37,665 nt of DNA from Pseudomonadota bacterium (GTDB lineage: Bacteria > BMS3Abin14). Positions 1-9,581 of this stretch are shown here, in pieces. Within the stretch, counting starts at the first letter, position 1; the number at the start of each line of letters is the position of its first letter. The stretch covers positions 1 to 37,665 of the forward strand of contig QIEJ01000109.1 of NCBI GenBank assembly GCA_003228585.1, written 5' to 3'. Position numbers and translations under genes: made by a program. A model generated the notes under the pieces. It was not told where the DNA came from, searched no databases, and saw only the letters and a program-made list of their open reading frames with translations.

Positions 1-610
1 CATACGGTTCACCCAGGCCAGGAATTCGTCCATCCGGGAGATAGGCCTTTGCCGATGTGGGCCAATCCTCCTGGAACTGCCGGGAACTCTTCTCTAGGGC
101 TGCCTGAAGCCGCTCGTACATGGGAAATCCCCGATCCGCGAGATCAACGGTGGGCTCCAGGACCTGTGACAGGTTCATGGTCCCGTAATGTGATAAAGCC
201 GCTATCCAAGTGGATACCGCATCCGGTACCGCGGCGGCCAACAGACCATCACCGGGAATCGTATCGATGCCGTTCTTTTTAAACCAGTCAATGGTCGCCC
301 TTCGCGGGGCGGGGCCCTGCCCGCAGAGACTCACTACGCGGTTCTCATCAGCGAGGTAGATGAGGATCGGAACCTCGCCGCCTATGCCGTAGATATAAGG
401 TTCCAACACAGAGAGGGCAAATCCCATCGCCACACCCGCATCGATGGCATTTCCACCTTGCTCCAGGATGTGAAGCCCGATCCTGCTGGCCAGATAATGC
501 CCGCTTGTAACCATTCCATGTGTTCCCATGATGACGGGGCGGGTCGTAAAAACCTCCGGATCAGCTCCGGCCAGAACGCTGAGCATGTTTGATGTATCTG
601 GGGTTGTCAT
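1..610 (-). CDS. ggt: Gamma-glutamyltransferase-family Ntn hydrolase, N-terminal part (runs off the window start), no signal peptide
   Basis: Absent from the ORF track because it has no stop in the window. Manual translation from ATG 610 (SD AGGGAGG) gives MTTPDTSNMLSVLAGADPEVFTTRPVIMGTHGMVTSGHYLASRIGLHILEQGGNAIDAGVAMGFALSVLEPYIYGIGG...IPGDGLLAAAVPDAVSTW...LADRGFP, a typical GGT N-terminus. Confidence 0.9.
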   Translation of the reverse strand, partial: MTTPDTSNMLSVLAGADPEVFTTRPVIMGTHGMVTSGHYLASRIGLHILEQGGNAIDAGVAMGFALSVLEPYIYGIGGEVPILIYLADENRVVSLCGQGPAPRRATIDWFKKNGIDTIPGDGLLAAAVPDAVSTWIAALSHYGTMNLSQVLEPTVDLADRGFPMYERLQAALEKSSRQFQEDWPTSAKAYLPDGRIPGLGEPY

Positions 611-666
611 GGGTATCCTCCCTTTAGTCTGGTAGTTAATGAAGTTATTTTAACATGGTGTTGAAT

Positions 667-711
667 GAGATTGCCACGGCAGCCCCAAATTGCAGGCCAC
701 CTCGCAATGAC
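667..711. repeat. Half copy of a GTCATTGCGAG...CTCGCAATGAC short palindromic (REP-like) element
   Basis: GAGATTGCCACG...CTCGCAATGAC matches the right half of the full element at 16546-16660. Confidence 0.65.
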
Positions 712-742
712 AACCGCTTTCTACTTGCTCTGTGGTCATTAT

Positions 743-811
743 TTTGGAATGTGGAATTTGGAGGCTGTAATTGTTTGTAAGTCTTGGATTTTGGATGTTG
801 GATTTTGGATT
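743..811. repeat. Degenerate heptamer tandem tract
   Basis: TTTGGAATGTGGAATTTGGAG (743-763) and TTGGATT-TTGGATG-TTGGATT-TTGGATT (784-811). Confidence 0.75.
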
Positions 812-815
812 TAAC

Positions 816-861
816 AAAAGAAAAGCTCCAGGCCGTCCGTTGAACCCGGACAACCTGGAGC
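816..861 (-). terminator. Rho-independent terminator after the ArsB/NhaD permease
   Basis: Minus strand GCTCCAGGTTGTCCG-GGTTCAA-CGGACGGCCTGGAGC followed by TTTTCTTTT. Confidence 0.75.
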
Positions 862-900
862 CGCCAGAAAGGAGATGGCCTCTGGAACCAGAACCCTGGA

Positions 901-2241
901 TCACATGAGTGGTAAGACCCAGATAAGCACCATGAAAATATAGCAGATCACCAGGGAGGATATGACATAGGGCACTGTGTAGGAGAAGAACTCCTTGAGG
1001 GCCATCTTCTCACCATCCTCTTTCTCCCCCATCGAAAGGGCCACAAACAGGGCCGGCGCGCCCGCTATGGTGAGATTGCTTCCCAGTGTCCCCGACCAGA
1101 CGAGTGCCCAGTAGTAGGGCCAGACGTTCAGATCCATGGTTTCACCAAGGTCCCGGATCACGTAGAGGAGCGTCAGGATGAACGCGTCGTGCTCAACCAC
1201 CCCAACGATGGGCGCCGTCACCCAGTAGAGAACCGATGTCCCCACCAGGAGACCCTGTTCGATAAAGGGTACGAACCAGTTGGCGACGATTTCGAGGATG
1301 TGGGTTTGCTCCATGCCTCCCACGAGAGCGAAAAGGGCCGCGTAAAACGCGATGGCGTTCCATTCGATCTCCGATAGCATGTGTTCGAGGTCAGGGACGT
1401 CGAATTTAAGGGGTTTTTTCAGGATCTCTACGGCCAGGACCATGAGGAGCGTCCCCGCGAAGGCGATGAACCCGAGCTTGACCCCAAGGAACTGCCGCAT
1501 GGCCATGGCGATTATGGTAAGGACAAACCCACCGACGACAAGAACGGCGAACTTCTTGTCCTTGATGTGCTCTGTCGTCTGTCCTGCTGCTTCGTGGGCC
1601 GCTTCCTCGTCAAGAACACAGAACGCGAGATCGGACTTCAGGAACTTGAAATAGAAGAGGACGAGAACGATGAGGTAGGTCGCCGTCAGGATGAGGAACG
1701 ACGACGGCCTCCCTGAATGCCAGATGAAACCGAGGAACTCCACGCCGGACACGCTATGGAGCATCTGGGGCGGTAGGTCGCCGAGAAGAAGAGCCGTTCC
1801 CATGAAGTTCGAGCAGAGGCCGATAAACAGGATGGGGCCAGTAGCCTTGAAACCATAAAGCTTGCGGATGTGGAAGATAATGGGCGCCAGCATCAGCACC
1901 ACCACCACATTGTCGATGAACATCGACACGAAGCCGGCGAGTCCGCCGATGAGGGTGACAAAGAGGGGGATGTTGCCCTTGGACCAGTGAAGCGTCCTGT
2001 CACCGAGATATTCGGGGATACCGGTTTTGCCGAAGTAACCGGCGATGAGCCAGACGCTGATGAGGATCATCATGACGTTCCAGTCCACAAAGGTAAATGC
2101 CTGGACCTCGGTCATGCTGCCAACTGCTACCATGGCGACAACACCCAGCAGGGCAGCCACAACAGTGTCGATTTTACGAATGATGACAAAAATAATCGTG
2201 ACTGCGAAGATTATCGCAGTGGTGATCTGGATCGGTTCCAT
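901..2241 (-). CDS. ArsB/NhaD (ion transporter superfamily, CitMHS-like) permease, probably for an anion or carboxylate
   Basis: Many hydrophobic helices; motifs FVDWNV, SMFIDNV, SNFMGTALLLGDLPP, GTLGSNLTIAGA. Start moved to ATG 2241 (MEPIQITT) with SD GGGAGG. Confidence 0.85.
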   Translation of the reverse strand: MEPIQITTAIIFAVTIIFVIIRKIDTVVAALLGVVAMVAVGSMTEVQAFTFVDWNVMMILISVWLIAGYFGKTGIPEYLGDRTLHWSKGNIPLFVTLIGGLAGFVSMFIDNVVVVLMLAPIIFHIRKLYGFKATGPILFIGLCSNFMGTALLLGDLPPQMLHSVSGVEFLGFIWHSGRPSSFLILTATYLIVLVLFYFKFLKSDLAFCVLDEEAAHEAAGQTTEHIKDKKFAVLVVGGFVLTIIAMAMRQFLGVKLGFIAFAGTLLMVLAVEILKKPLKFDVPDLEHMLSEIEWNAIAFYAALFALVGGMEQTHILEIVANWFVPFIEQGLLVGTSVLYWVTAPIVGVVEHDAFILTLLYVIRDLGETMDLNVWPYYWALVWSGTLGSNLTIAGAPALFVALSMGEKEDGEKMALKEFFSYTVPYVISSLVICYIFMVLIWVLPLM

Positions 2242-2318
2242 GTTCCTCCCCTTCCAAGGATTTAACTGAATGAACCAGGCAAAAACCGGTTCAAAACAGT
2301 AGTGCGCAATCTGAATAC

Positions 2319-3269
2319 TCAGGCTCGTTCGCTGCTTGTCTTCATTGCCTCCCATCGATTGGAGATGGCCGTTTTCAAGGCGTCCTTTGCTTCTGAAGCC
2401 CCCATGGGACTGTATCCCAGAAGCTCTCTCGCCCGGGTGTCATCCAGTTCCCAGGGATCGGCCAGAAAAGCACTGCCCTCCCATTGATCCTTTGGGATAC
2501 ATCTGACTTCACACAGGGACCCGGTTACCTCTCGAACCATCCGGGCAACCTCCTCCCAGGTTACGTAGACGGTGGAAAAATTGAACGTCTGTCCGAAAGC
2601 CCCTGGATTAAACAGGCACAGCTCCATTCCCTGATACAGATCCGCCATGTGTACGAAACTGCCCCCGGAATCTGCCGGAACCTCCAGAGGTTCACCGCCA
2701 GCGGCTATCTTGAGCATCTGCCTTAAATGTTTTCCAGCTATGTCATCCCCGTATGCCCACCAGAAACGGATGACTGTCGCGGGCAGATCGTTCTGACTCC
2801 AGTACATAAGGCAGAGCTTCTCGGCGGCTGCCTTGGCGATGCCGTAAAGGGGCTTTCGCGCCTCCTCCACGACAAGAGGGTGTTTTTCGTCGAGGGGTGA
2901 ATACTGAGGCTTTCCGTAAACTACCGCCGTACTCGTGTAGATCAGGTGCTTGACCTTCTGAGCCACCATTTCCTCAAGAAGGTATATATGACCGATCAGG
3001 TCGTGCTCAAAAACCTCCAGAGGTTCTCCCGAGAAAGACCAGGCCAGGTGGAGAACCGCATCCACGCCTTCAACCGCTGCTTTCACAGCATCCTTGTCCT
3101 CAATGCCGGCCTGGAAAAGGGCCAGTTTGTCACCCTCCATGGACCGAAGCGGGCCCACTTCACGGTCAATGACCCTGATCTCGTACCCCTTTTTCAGAAG
3201 AGCAGTTGTCCAGTAACTCCCGCAGGACCCTGCTCCTCCAGTTATCAGGATTTTTTTTGGCGATTCCAT
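2319..3269 (-). CDS. NAD-dependent epimerase/dehydratase (extended SDR)
   Basis: ILITGGAGSCG Rossmann motif, VLHLA, YTSTAVVYG, catalytic YGIAK (YxxxK). Start is ATG 3269 or GTG 3278. Confidence 0.85.
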   Translation of the reverse strand: MESPKKILITGGAGSCGSYWTTALLKKGYEIRVIDREVGPLRSMEGDKLALFQAGIEDKDAVKAAVEGVDAVLHLAWSFSGEPLEVFEHDLIGHIYLLEEMVAQKVKHLIYTSTAVVYGKPQYSPLDEKHPLVVEEARKPLYGIAKAAAEKLCLMYWSQNDLPATVIRFWWAYGDDIAGKHLRQMLKIAAGGEPLEVPADSGGSFVHMADLYQGMELCLFNPGAFGQTFNFSTVYVTWEEVARMVREVTGSLCEVRCIPKDQWEGSAFLADPWELDDTRARELLGYSPMGASEAKDALKTAISNRWEAMKTSSERA

Positions 3270-3318
3270 GATTTCCACCTGTAATCAGGGTTTATAACAG
3301 AATTCATATCAGGAATTG

Positions 3319-3363
3319 AGAAAGAAACGAGGTCCGGGTGAGTTGAAATCCTCACCCGAACCT
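3319..3363 (-). terminator. Probable terminator after tctA
   Basis: Minus strand AGGTTCGGGTGAG-GATTTCAA-CTCACCCGGACCT followed by CGTTTCTTTCT. Confidence 0.6.
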
Positions 3364-3376
3364 TATCTCTATTTAA

Positions 3377-4900
3377 TTATGCCGGGGCTTCCTCATCTTT
3401 GCTCTTCATCTTGTCCTTGATCAGCTTGAATGCCGGAAGAGCGAAGAGGAATAATGCGACAACCATGAATATTGCCGAAATAGGCCGGGTGAAGAAAATA
3501 CCGAAAGACCCGTCACCGATAATCAGGCTCTGGCGCAGGAACCTTTCGGTCATGGCCCCGAGGACCAGGGCCACCGCCAGCGGAGCGAGGGGATACTTGA
3601 GCTTCTTCATGACGTACCCGAGACCTCCGAAAACAAGGGTACACCACACGTCAAACATGAGGTTCCGCATTACATAACTTCCTATGAAGCAGGCGATGAC
3701 GATGACCGGGGTCAGGAGACCCCATGGTATCCTCATGATGGAAGCCAGGACCGGTGTCCCGATGAGGCAGATGATCAGGCAGGCCGTTCCGGAAAGGAAC
3801 AGACTGGCAATAAGCCCCCACACGAAGACTGGCTCCTCCAGGAACAACCTCGGCCCGGGCCACAGGCCCCACATGTAAAGACCCGCCAGAAGAACGGCCG
3901 CAGTGGGGGAGCCGGGGATCCCCAATGAGATCATGGGAAGCAGGGCGCCGGTGCCCGCCGCATTGGCGGCTGCCTGAGGAGCGAGAATCCCCTCGATGGC
4001 CCCTTTTCCGTACTTTTCAGGGTTTTTCGAGTATTGCTTGGCGATACCGTAGCCGAGGAACGAGGCCGGAGTGGCTCCCGTACCGGGAAGGATGCCCACA
4101 AAAAAGCCCATAAGGGCACTCAGTAAGGTCAGGCCGAAATGCTCTTTGGTAGCCATTATGCCGCCCTTGATATCCTCCCAGCCCAGCTTGGCATGGATGA
4201 CTTCCTTGATCTCTATGCTGAGCCGCTCCTCGCCGTCGATCATGATCTCACCGAGACCGAAGAGTCCGATGGTCACCGGAACGAAATGAAACCCACTTAA
4301 AAAAGCCATAGTCCCGAAGGTCAGACGCGGTGAACCCGTAACCACGTCCAGGCCCGCCATGGTCAGGAGAAGACCGAAGCTTGTGCTGATGAGGGTCTTC
4401 AGAGCGCCGCCGGTTCCCAGACCCACGAAAGTACTGAAGGCCAGCATCATGATGGCGAACATCTCGGGCGGCCCGAATTTCAGGGCAAACAAAGCCAGAG
4501 GCATGGCGAGGGTCACGAAAAAGACGGCCGCGACCATGATTCCCACGAAGGAGGACACGAAAGCGGCCGCCAAAGCCAGGCCCGCCTTTCCCTGCTTGGC
4601 CATGGGATATCCATCGAAGATCAGAGCCACCGACCAGGGTTCCCCGGGTATGGCAAACAAGATCGAGGTGATCACCCCTCCGTACAACGCCCCCCAGTAT
4701 ATGGCGGCCAGGAAGATGATGCCGACCTCGGGGGGAACGAGAACGGTGACAGGCAGCAAAAGCGCCACGCCGGCGGTGCCTCCGAGTCCTGGAAGAACAC
4801 CCACCGCCAGACCCAGTAAAAGGCCCACGGTCATCATGAACAGGGACAGAGGTTGAAATGCGACCCCGAATCCCACCAAAAGGTTAGCAAGTGTTTCCAT
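3377..4900 (-). CDS. tctA: Tripartite tricarboxylate transporter large permease TctA
   Basis: GVLPGLGG, YWGALYGG, GILPGTGAT, ANAAGTGALLPMISLGIPGSPTAAV motifs; 507 aa; adjacent to tctB and tctC. Confidence 0.95.
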   Translation of the reverse strand: METLANLLVGFGVAFQPLSLFMMTVGLLLGLAVGVLPGLGGTAGVALLLPVTVLVPPEVGIIFLAAIYWGALYGGVITSILFAIPGEPWSVALIFDGYPMAKQGKAGLALAAAFVSSFVGIMVAAVFFVTLAMPLALFALKFGPPEMFAIMMLAFSTFVGLGTGGALKTLISTSFGLLLTMAGLDVVTGSPRLTFGTMAFLSGFHFVPVTIGLFGLGEIMIDGEERLSIEIKEVIHAKLGWEDIKGGIMATKEHFGLTLLSALMGFFVGILPGTGATPASFLGYGIAKQYSKNPEKYGKGAIEGILAPQAAANAAGTGALLPMISLGIPGSPTAAVLLAGLYMWGLWPGPRLFLEEPVFVWGLIASLFLSGTACLIICLIGTPVLASIMRIPWGLLTPVIVIACFIGSYVMRNLMFDVWCTLVFGGLGYVMKKLKYPLAPLAVALVLGAMTERFLRQSLIIGDGSFGIFFTRPISAIFMVVALFLFALPAFKLIKDKMKSKDEEAPA

Positions 4901-5021
4901 TTATACCTCCTGCGCTGATGCCGTTCTCCAAAAAAACTCCAACGGTCTATTGGAGGCTATCAAATCGGCAACAGCCCTGTATCATCTCGTTGATTGAATG
5001 AATTGGATCTCAATAATCAAG

Positions 5022-5060
5022 TAAATAGGAAACAGTCCCTCTAAATAGGAAACAGTCCCT
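5022..5060. repeat. 19-bp perfect direct repeat duplicating the 3' end of tctB
   Basis: TAAATAGGAAACAGTCCCT at 5022-5040 and 5042-5060. Confidence 0.9.
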
Positions 5061-5514
5061 TCCGCCAGAGAAGGCTTTTGGGCAGAGGAAGCTTCAACCC
5101 TTTCTCCATGCCGAAATAAACGGCCCCTGTCATAATAATAGTAAAGATAATAACCGTGGCCCAGCGGTGTTTCCCGAGCCACCGGACGAAAAGAAGGCAA
5201 TAGCCTATAGTCGCGAAATAGACCCCAGTGTAGACGATCCCGATTGCGAGCAGAATCGCCGTGAAGAAGATCCGCACCACCTCTGCAAGACCCTCCTTGT
5301 TTTCAAAGAATCTGTCACCTGGATCTGTTTTCTTCAGGTTAATGACGACGAGTAATACAGCACAGACCAGCAGCAGCAAAGCCAGCCAGAAGACGGAAAA
5401 ACCCGCTTGAGGACCGTCTGCCTCCCAGCCGAAACCCAGCCGGGAAGCGTCCATAATCCCAATCAGGGCCACGAGAATAAAGAGCCCCGCCGTAATGATC
5501 TCACCTTTTTTCAA
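5041..5514 (-). CDS. tctB: Tripartite tricarboxylate transporter small subunit TctB
   Basis: About four TM helices, GPQAGF motif, C-terminal LKLPLP; TTG start with SD GGGAGG; lies between tctC and tctA. Confidence 0.9.
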   Translation of the reverse strand: MKKGEIITAGLFILVALIGIMDASRLGFGWEADGPQAGFSVFWLALLLLVCAVLLVVINLKKTDPGDRFFENKEGLAEVVRIFFTAILLAIGIVYTGVYFATIGYCLLFVRWLGKHRWATVIIFTIIMTGAVYFGMEKGLKLPLPKSLLWRKGLFPI

Positions 5515-5616
5515 AACTTGCCTCCCAGGGGTGCGACAAGAGGGGGCGCAGGATCACCGTAGTAACCCTGCACCCCCAATGTCAGCTTTCGTAAGTGAAT
5601 ACTCCTTAATCGAAGG

Positions 5617-6600
5617 CTACTTGAGCCAGCCCTGCGCCTTCATGATCGTGATGTGTTTTTTCTCATAATTCTCAACGAATTTCATCAGATCGTCACCCGT
5701 GATGGAGGTCGGCTGCAAGCCGGTTTTGGCCGCAAATGCCAGCCAATCCGGATCTTTGGAAATGTCCTTGAACAGAGCTACCAATCCTGCCTGCTCCGAT
5801 TTGGAAATACCCGGAGGAGCGAAGATGCCCCGCATCATGTTGTAGCTGAAGTCGAAGCCCAGCTCCTTGGCCGTGGGGGTGTCCTCATAACCCTTGACAT
5901 CGAGGCGCTCGTCCTGGAAGACCACCAGAGGGCGCACGAACTCGGGATAGAATGGACCGGCCTCACTGACCTGGTTCACGCTGGCCTCAATATGACCACC
6001 CACGAGGGCCTTGGCCACAGCACCGCCGCCCTTGAAGGGAACATACTTGAAGGGCTTGGTTTTGCCTATTTTCTCGATAGCGCGGAAGACGATCTCATCC
6101 TCCTGCTTGGAACCGGTTCCACCAACCAATATGCTCCTCTTCCTCGCCTCGCTGAGGAAGTCCTCGAAGGTCTTGAACTTGCTGTCCTTCTGGACCCAGA
6201 GCGGGAAGTTGTCCAGAGCAAGCAAGAAAACAGGCGTGAAGTCCCGGAATGTGAATGGAAGTTTCTGGAACAGCGGCGTGGTGACAAAGCTGTTCAGGGT
6301 GATGAGCATCATGTGGCCATTGCCCTTCTGGGTGAGAAGGTACTGCATGGCCACGGCCCCCGCGCCACCGGGCTTGTTAACCGGGATTATAACCTCGTCG
6401 ATGTACTTGTTCTTGACGTTGAGGCCGACCAGGAAACGGGCATATTTGTCGGCACCACCGCCCGCACCGGCTGATATGACGAACTCGACAGGCCTGGTAG
6501 GCCAGTCAGCGGCTTCGGCTACCTCGCCGAAGACAAACAGAACGGCACATACCATAATCGTAATAAGCACAAATGAATAACGTGATCTAATTCCACTCAT
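5617..6600 (-). CDS. tctC: Tripartite tricarboxylate transporter substrate-binding protein TctC (Bug family)
   Basis: Signal peptide ending AEA-A, then WPTRPVEFVISAGAGGGAD, NKPGGAG, VPFKGGG, ALVGGHI; SD AAGGAGG. Confidence 0.95.
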   Translation of the reverse strand: MSGIRSRYSFVLITIMVCAVLFVFGEVAEAADWPTRPVEFVISAGAGGGADKYARFLVGLNVKNKYIDEVIIPVNKPGGAGAVAMQYLLTQKGNGHMMLITLNSFVTTPLFQKLPFTFRDFTPVFLLALDNFPLWVQKDSKFKTFEDFLSEARKRSILVGGTGSKQEDEIVFRAIEKIGKTKPFKYVPFKGGGAVAKALVGGHIEASVNQVSEAGPFYPEFVRPLVVFQDERLDVKGYEDTPTAKELGFDFSYNMMRGIFAPPGISKSEQAGLVALFKDISKDPDWLAFAAKTGLQPTSITGDDLMKFVENYEKKHITIMKAQGWLK

Positions 6601-6890
6601 GGTCTTTTTTCCTCCTTCAATAGGGTCTTCAGACCGTGGTTAACTTCTTCTCCCCCCCTCCTTCGCATTCTTCCGAACATTTCTTCGATTACACCCCCTT
6701 TTCTATTAGAATGGTTGGGTTTTAAACCCCTGGAAAAGGCGACAGTCCCCTTCTCGAGATCAAGGGACTTTCCACCGGTGATCTTATCACAGGGGCCTCA
6801 GTTTTGCAGCAGCTTAAGGCCTGAATGAACAGACCATTCGCCCACTTTGCAAGACCATTTCCCTACCCTTTTGATCTGTAAGAATCCCTT

Positions 6891-6926
6891 TCGGGCATCC
6901 TCCCTTATGACGGGGAGGATGCCCGA
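6891..6926. terminator. Perfect 14-bp hairpin after oorB (terminator or mRNA-stabilising stem)
   Basis: TCGGGCATCCTCCC-TTATGACG-GGGAGGATGCCCGA; no U-tract on the minus strand. Confidence 0.5.
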
Positions 6927-6954
6927 TTGATGTTTATGTCCTGTGATGTCTTTT

Positions 6955-7950
<996 letters not shown>

Positions 7951-7998
7951 TTATCAGCATCTATCAATCTGCTGACAGGCTAAAGACATTGATATCGC

Positions 7999-9189
7999 CT
8001 AGACCTTGTCGAAGTTCACCCAGTATACGTACTGGTCGACCTTGCCGTCCTTGGCTGCCTGGGTGAGAACCTTCGCCATGCTGTAGAACTCCTCGAGGGA
8101 GACGACCTCACCACCGAGACCGGCCATGAAAGAGGTAACAGGCGGAGGGTTGGGCACGTCGTACAGAGCGGACCGGACCTCATGAATAAGGTTTCCACCC
8201 TTCATGGCTCCACCGTAGGAGGTGCTCGTCTCGATGGTTCCAACAGCCTTGAACTTGGAAAGGCTCTCGGCAACAGCTTCTGTGGGGAACGGCCTCATGA
8301 AGCGCAGCCTCACCATACCAGCCTTGACGCCCTTTTCCCTGAGATGGTTCACGGCAAAACGGGCCGTCCTTGCGTGGCCGCCCTGCAGGAAGAAGACGAA
8401 CTCAGCATCGTCCGTCATGTACTCCTCCAGGAAGGGGTCGTAGTTTCGGCCGAACTGCTTGTTGAAGTCAGCGACGGCCTCTTCAATGACCTTGGGGGTA
8501 TCGATAAATGCCTGGGCTCTCTGGAGATCGATGGCCGGTCCCTGGTCGGGAAAGATCTGCGGACCGTGGGAGACAGGCTTAGTGGGATCCAGAGGATGGG
8601 GGTTGTTAAAAGGCGGCAGATACTCGTCCACAGCCTTCTGATCGGGGATGCTCACCTTCCCGGGGATGTGGGAAACGAAGTAACCGTCCTGGCAGCAGAA
8701 CTGGGGCAGCAGAACCCTGGCATCCTCACCGATCTTGAAATACATGATGGTGTTGTCCAGGACTTCCTGCGGATCGGCAGCCCAGCCCATGATCCATCCC
8801 TGATCTCGAGCGCTCATGACGTCGGTGTGCTCGGACCCGAAGTCACCTGGAGGATCAAGCGCGCGGTCTGCGATGGCCATCTGGCAGGGCAGTCGCCCGC
8901 CGGCGGCAGGAGAGTAGCACTCCATTGCGTAGGTCACACCCACACCGGAGCTTCCCGTGTAGGCCCTTGCCCCGGCAGCGGATGCTCCGTAAGCAATGGA
9001 AACCTGGGCATGCTCACCCTCGCCGTGAACAAACTCGGCATCGAGCTCGCCGTTGGCGACCAGTTTGGACAGTTCCATCATAATCCCCGTGTAGGGGCGA
9101 ATGGGGTAAGAGCTGATAACCTCGACTCTTGACAACATGGCACCGTAAGCTGCAGAAGAGCAGCCAGCCAAAAACATTTCTTTCGCCAT
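7999..9189 (-). CDS. oorA: Oxalate oxidoreductase alpha subunit
   Basis: YPIRP (Arg31, where PFOR has YPITP), GEGEH (Glu59), ADRALDPPGDFG (Arg109, Asp116, Phe117), GPQ (Gln211); these positions match the M. thermoacetica OOR numbering. Confidence 0.9.
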   Translation of the reverse strand: MAKEMFLAGCSSAAYGAMLSRVEVISSYPIRPYTGIMMELSKLVANGELDAEFVHGEGEHAQVSIAYGASAAGARAYTGSSGVGVTYAMECYSPAAGGRLPCQMAIADRALDPPGDFGSEHTDVMSARDQGWIMGWAADPQEVLDNTIMYFKIGEDARVLLPQFCCQDGYFVSHIPGKVSIPDQKAVDEYLPPFNNPHPLDPTKPVSHGPQIFPDQGPAIDLQRAQAFIDTPKVIEEAVADFNKQFGRNYDPFLEEYMTDDAEFVFFLQGGHARTARFAVNHLREKGVKAGMVRLRFMRPFPTEAVAESLSKFKAVGTIETSTSYGGAMKGGNLIHEVRSALYDVPNPPPVTSFMAGLGGEVVSLEEFYSMAKVLTQAAKDGKVDQYVYWVNFDKV

Positions 9190-9204
9190 TTTATATTCCT
9201 CCTC

Positions 9205-9552
9205 CTAGAAAGGTTTCTCCAGGCGGACCACACCACCTTTGAATTCCAGTTCGTTGACTGCGCTGATGCAATCCACGGGGCACTCGTTTTCACAGATGAG
9301 GCAGCCCTTGCAGTAGTCCGCGTTCCAGACCATCTTCTCTTCCTTCTCGTCCAGATGCCAGGTGGCATCGGGGCAGAAGAGAAAACAGTTCAGGCACAGA
9401 GTGCAGGCCTCATGGTCGATAACCGGACGGACAGTTCTCCAGTTCCCGGTGATCATCCCCTTGTTCTCTTTCTTGTTCGCGGGGAGAACCGCTCCCAGGG
9501 GGACCTGCAAGTGTTTAGGAATATTGAACTTTTCGCAGTACTTTTTGCTCAT
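9205..9552 (-). CDS. oorD: Oxalate oxidoreductase 2x[4Fe-4S] ferredoxin (delta) subunit
   Basis: GMITGNWRTVRP, CTLCLNCFLFCP and CKGCLICENECP; has its own SD (AAGGAG). Confidence 0.85.
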   Translation of the reverse strand: MSKKYCEKFNIPKHLQVPLGAVLPANKKENKGMITGNWRTVRPVIDHEACTLCLNCFLFCPDATWHLDEKEEKMVWNADYCKGCLICENECPVDCISAVNELEFKGGVVRLEKPF

Positions 9553-9581
9553 AACTTTCTCCTTCCAGGCTCAAAGACGTT

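Noticed and set aside
49-904. ORFs 49-282 (+) and 650-904 (-)
   Set aside because: The first is antisense to ggt; the second is translated terminator, heptamer and palindromic repeat sequence.
4982-5200. 72-aa ORF with a YYLYYYY run
   Set aside because: It is an alternative frame inside tctB; the Tyr run is a by-product of Ile/Phe/Thr codons.
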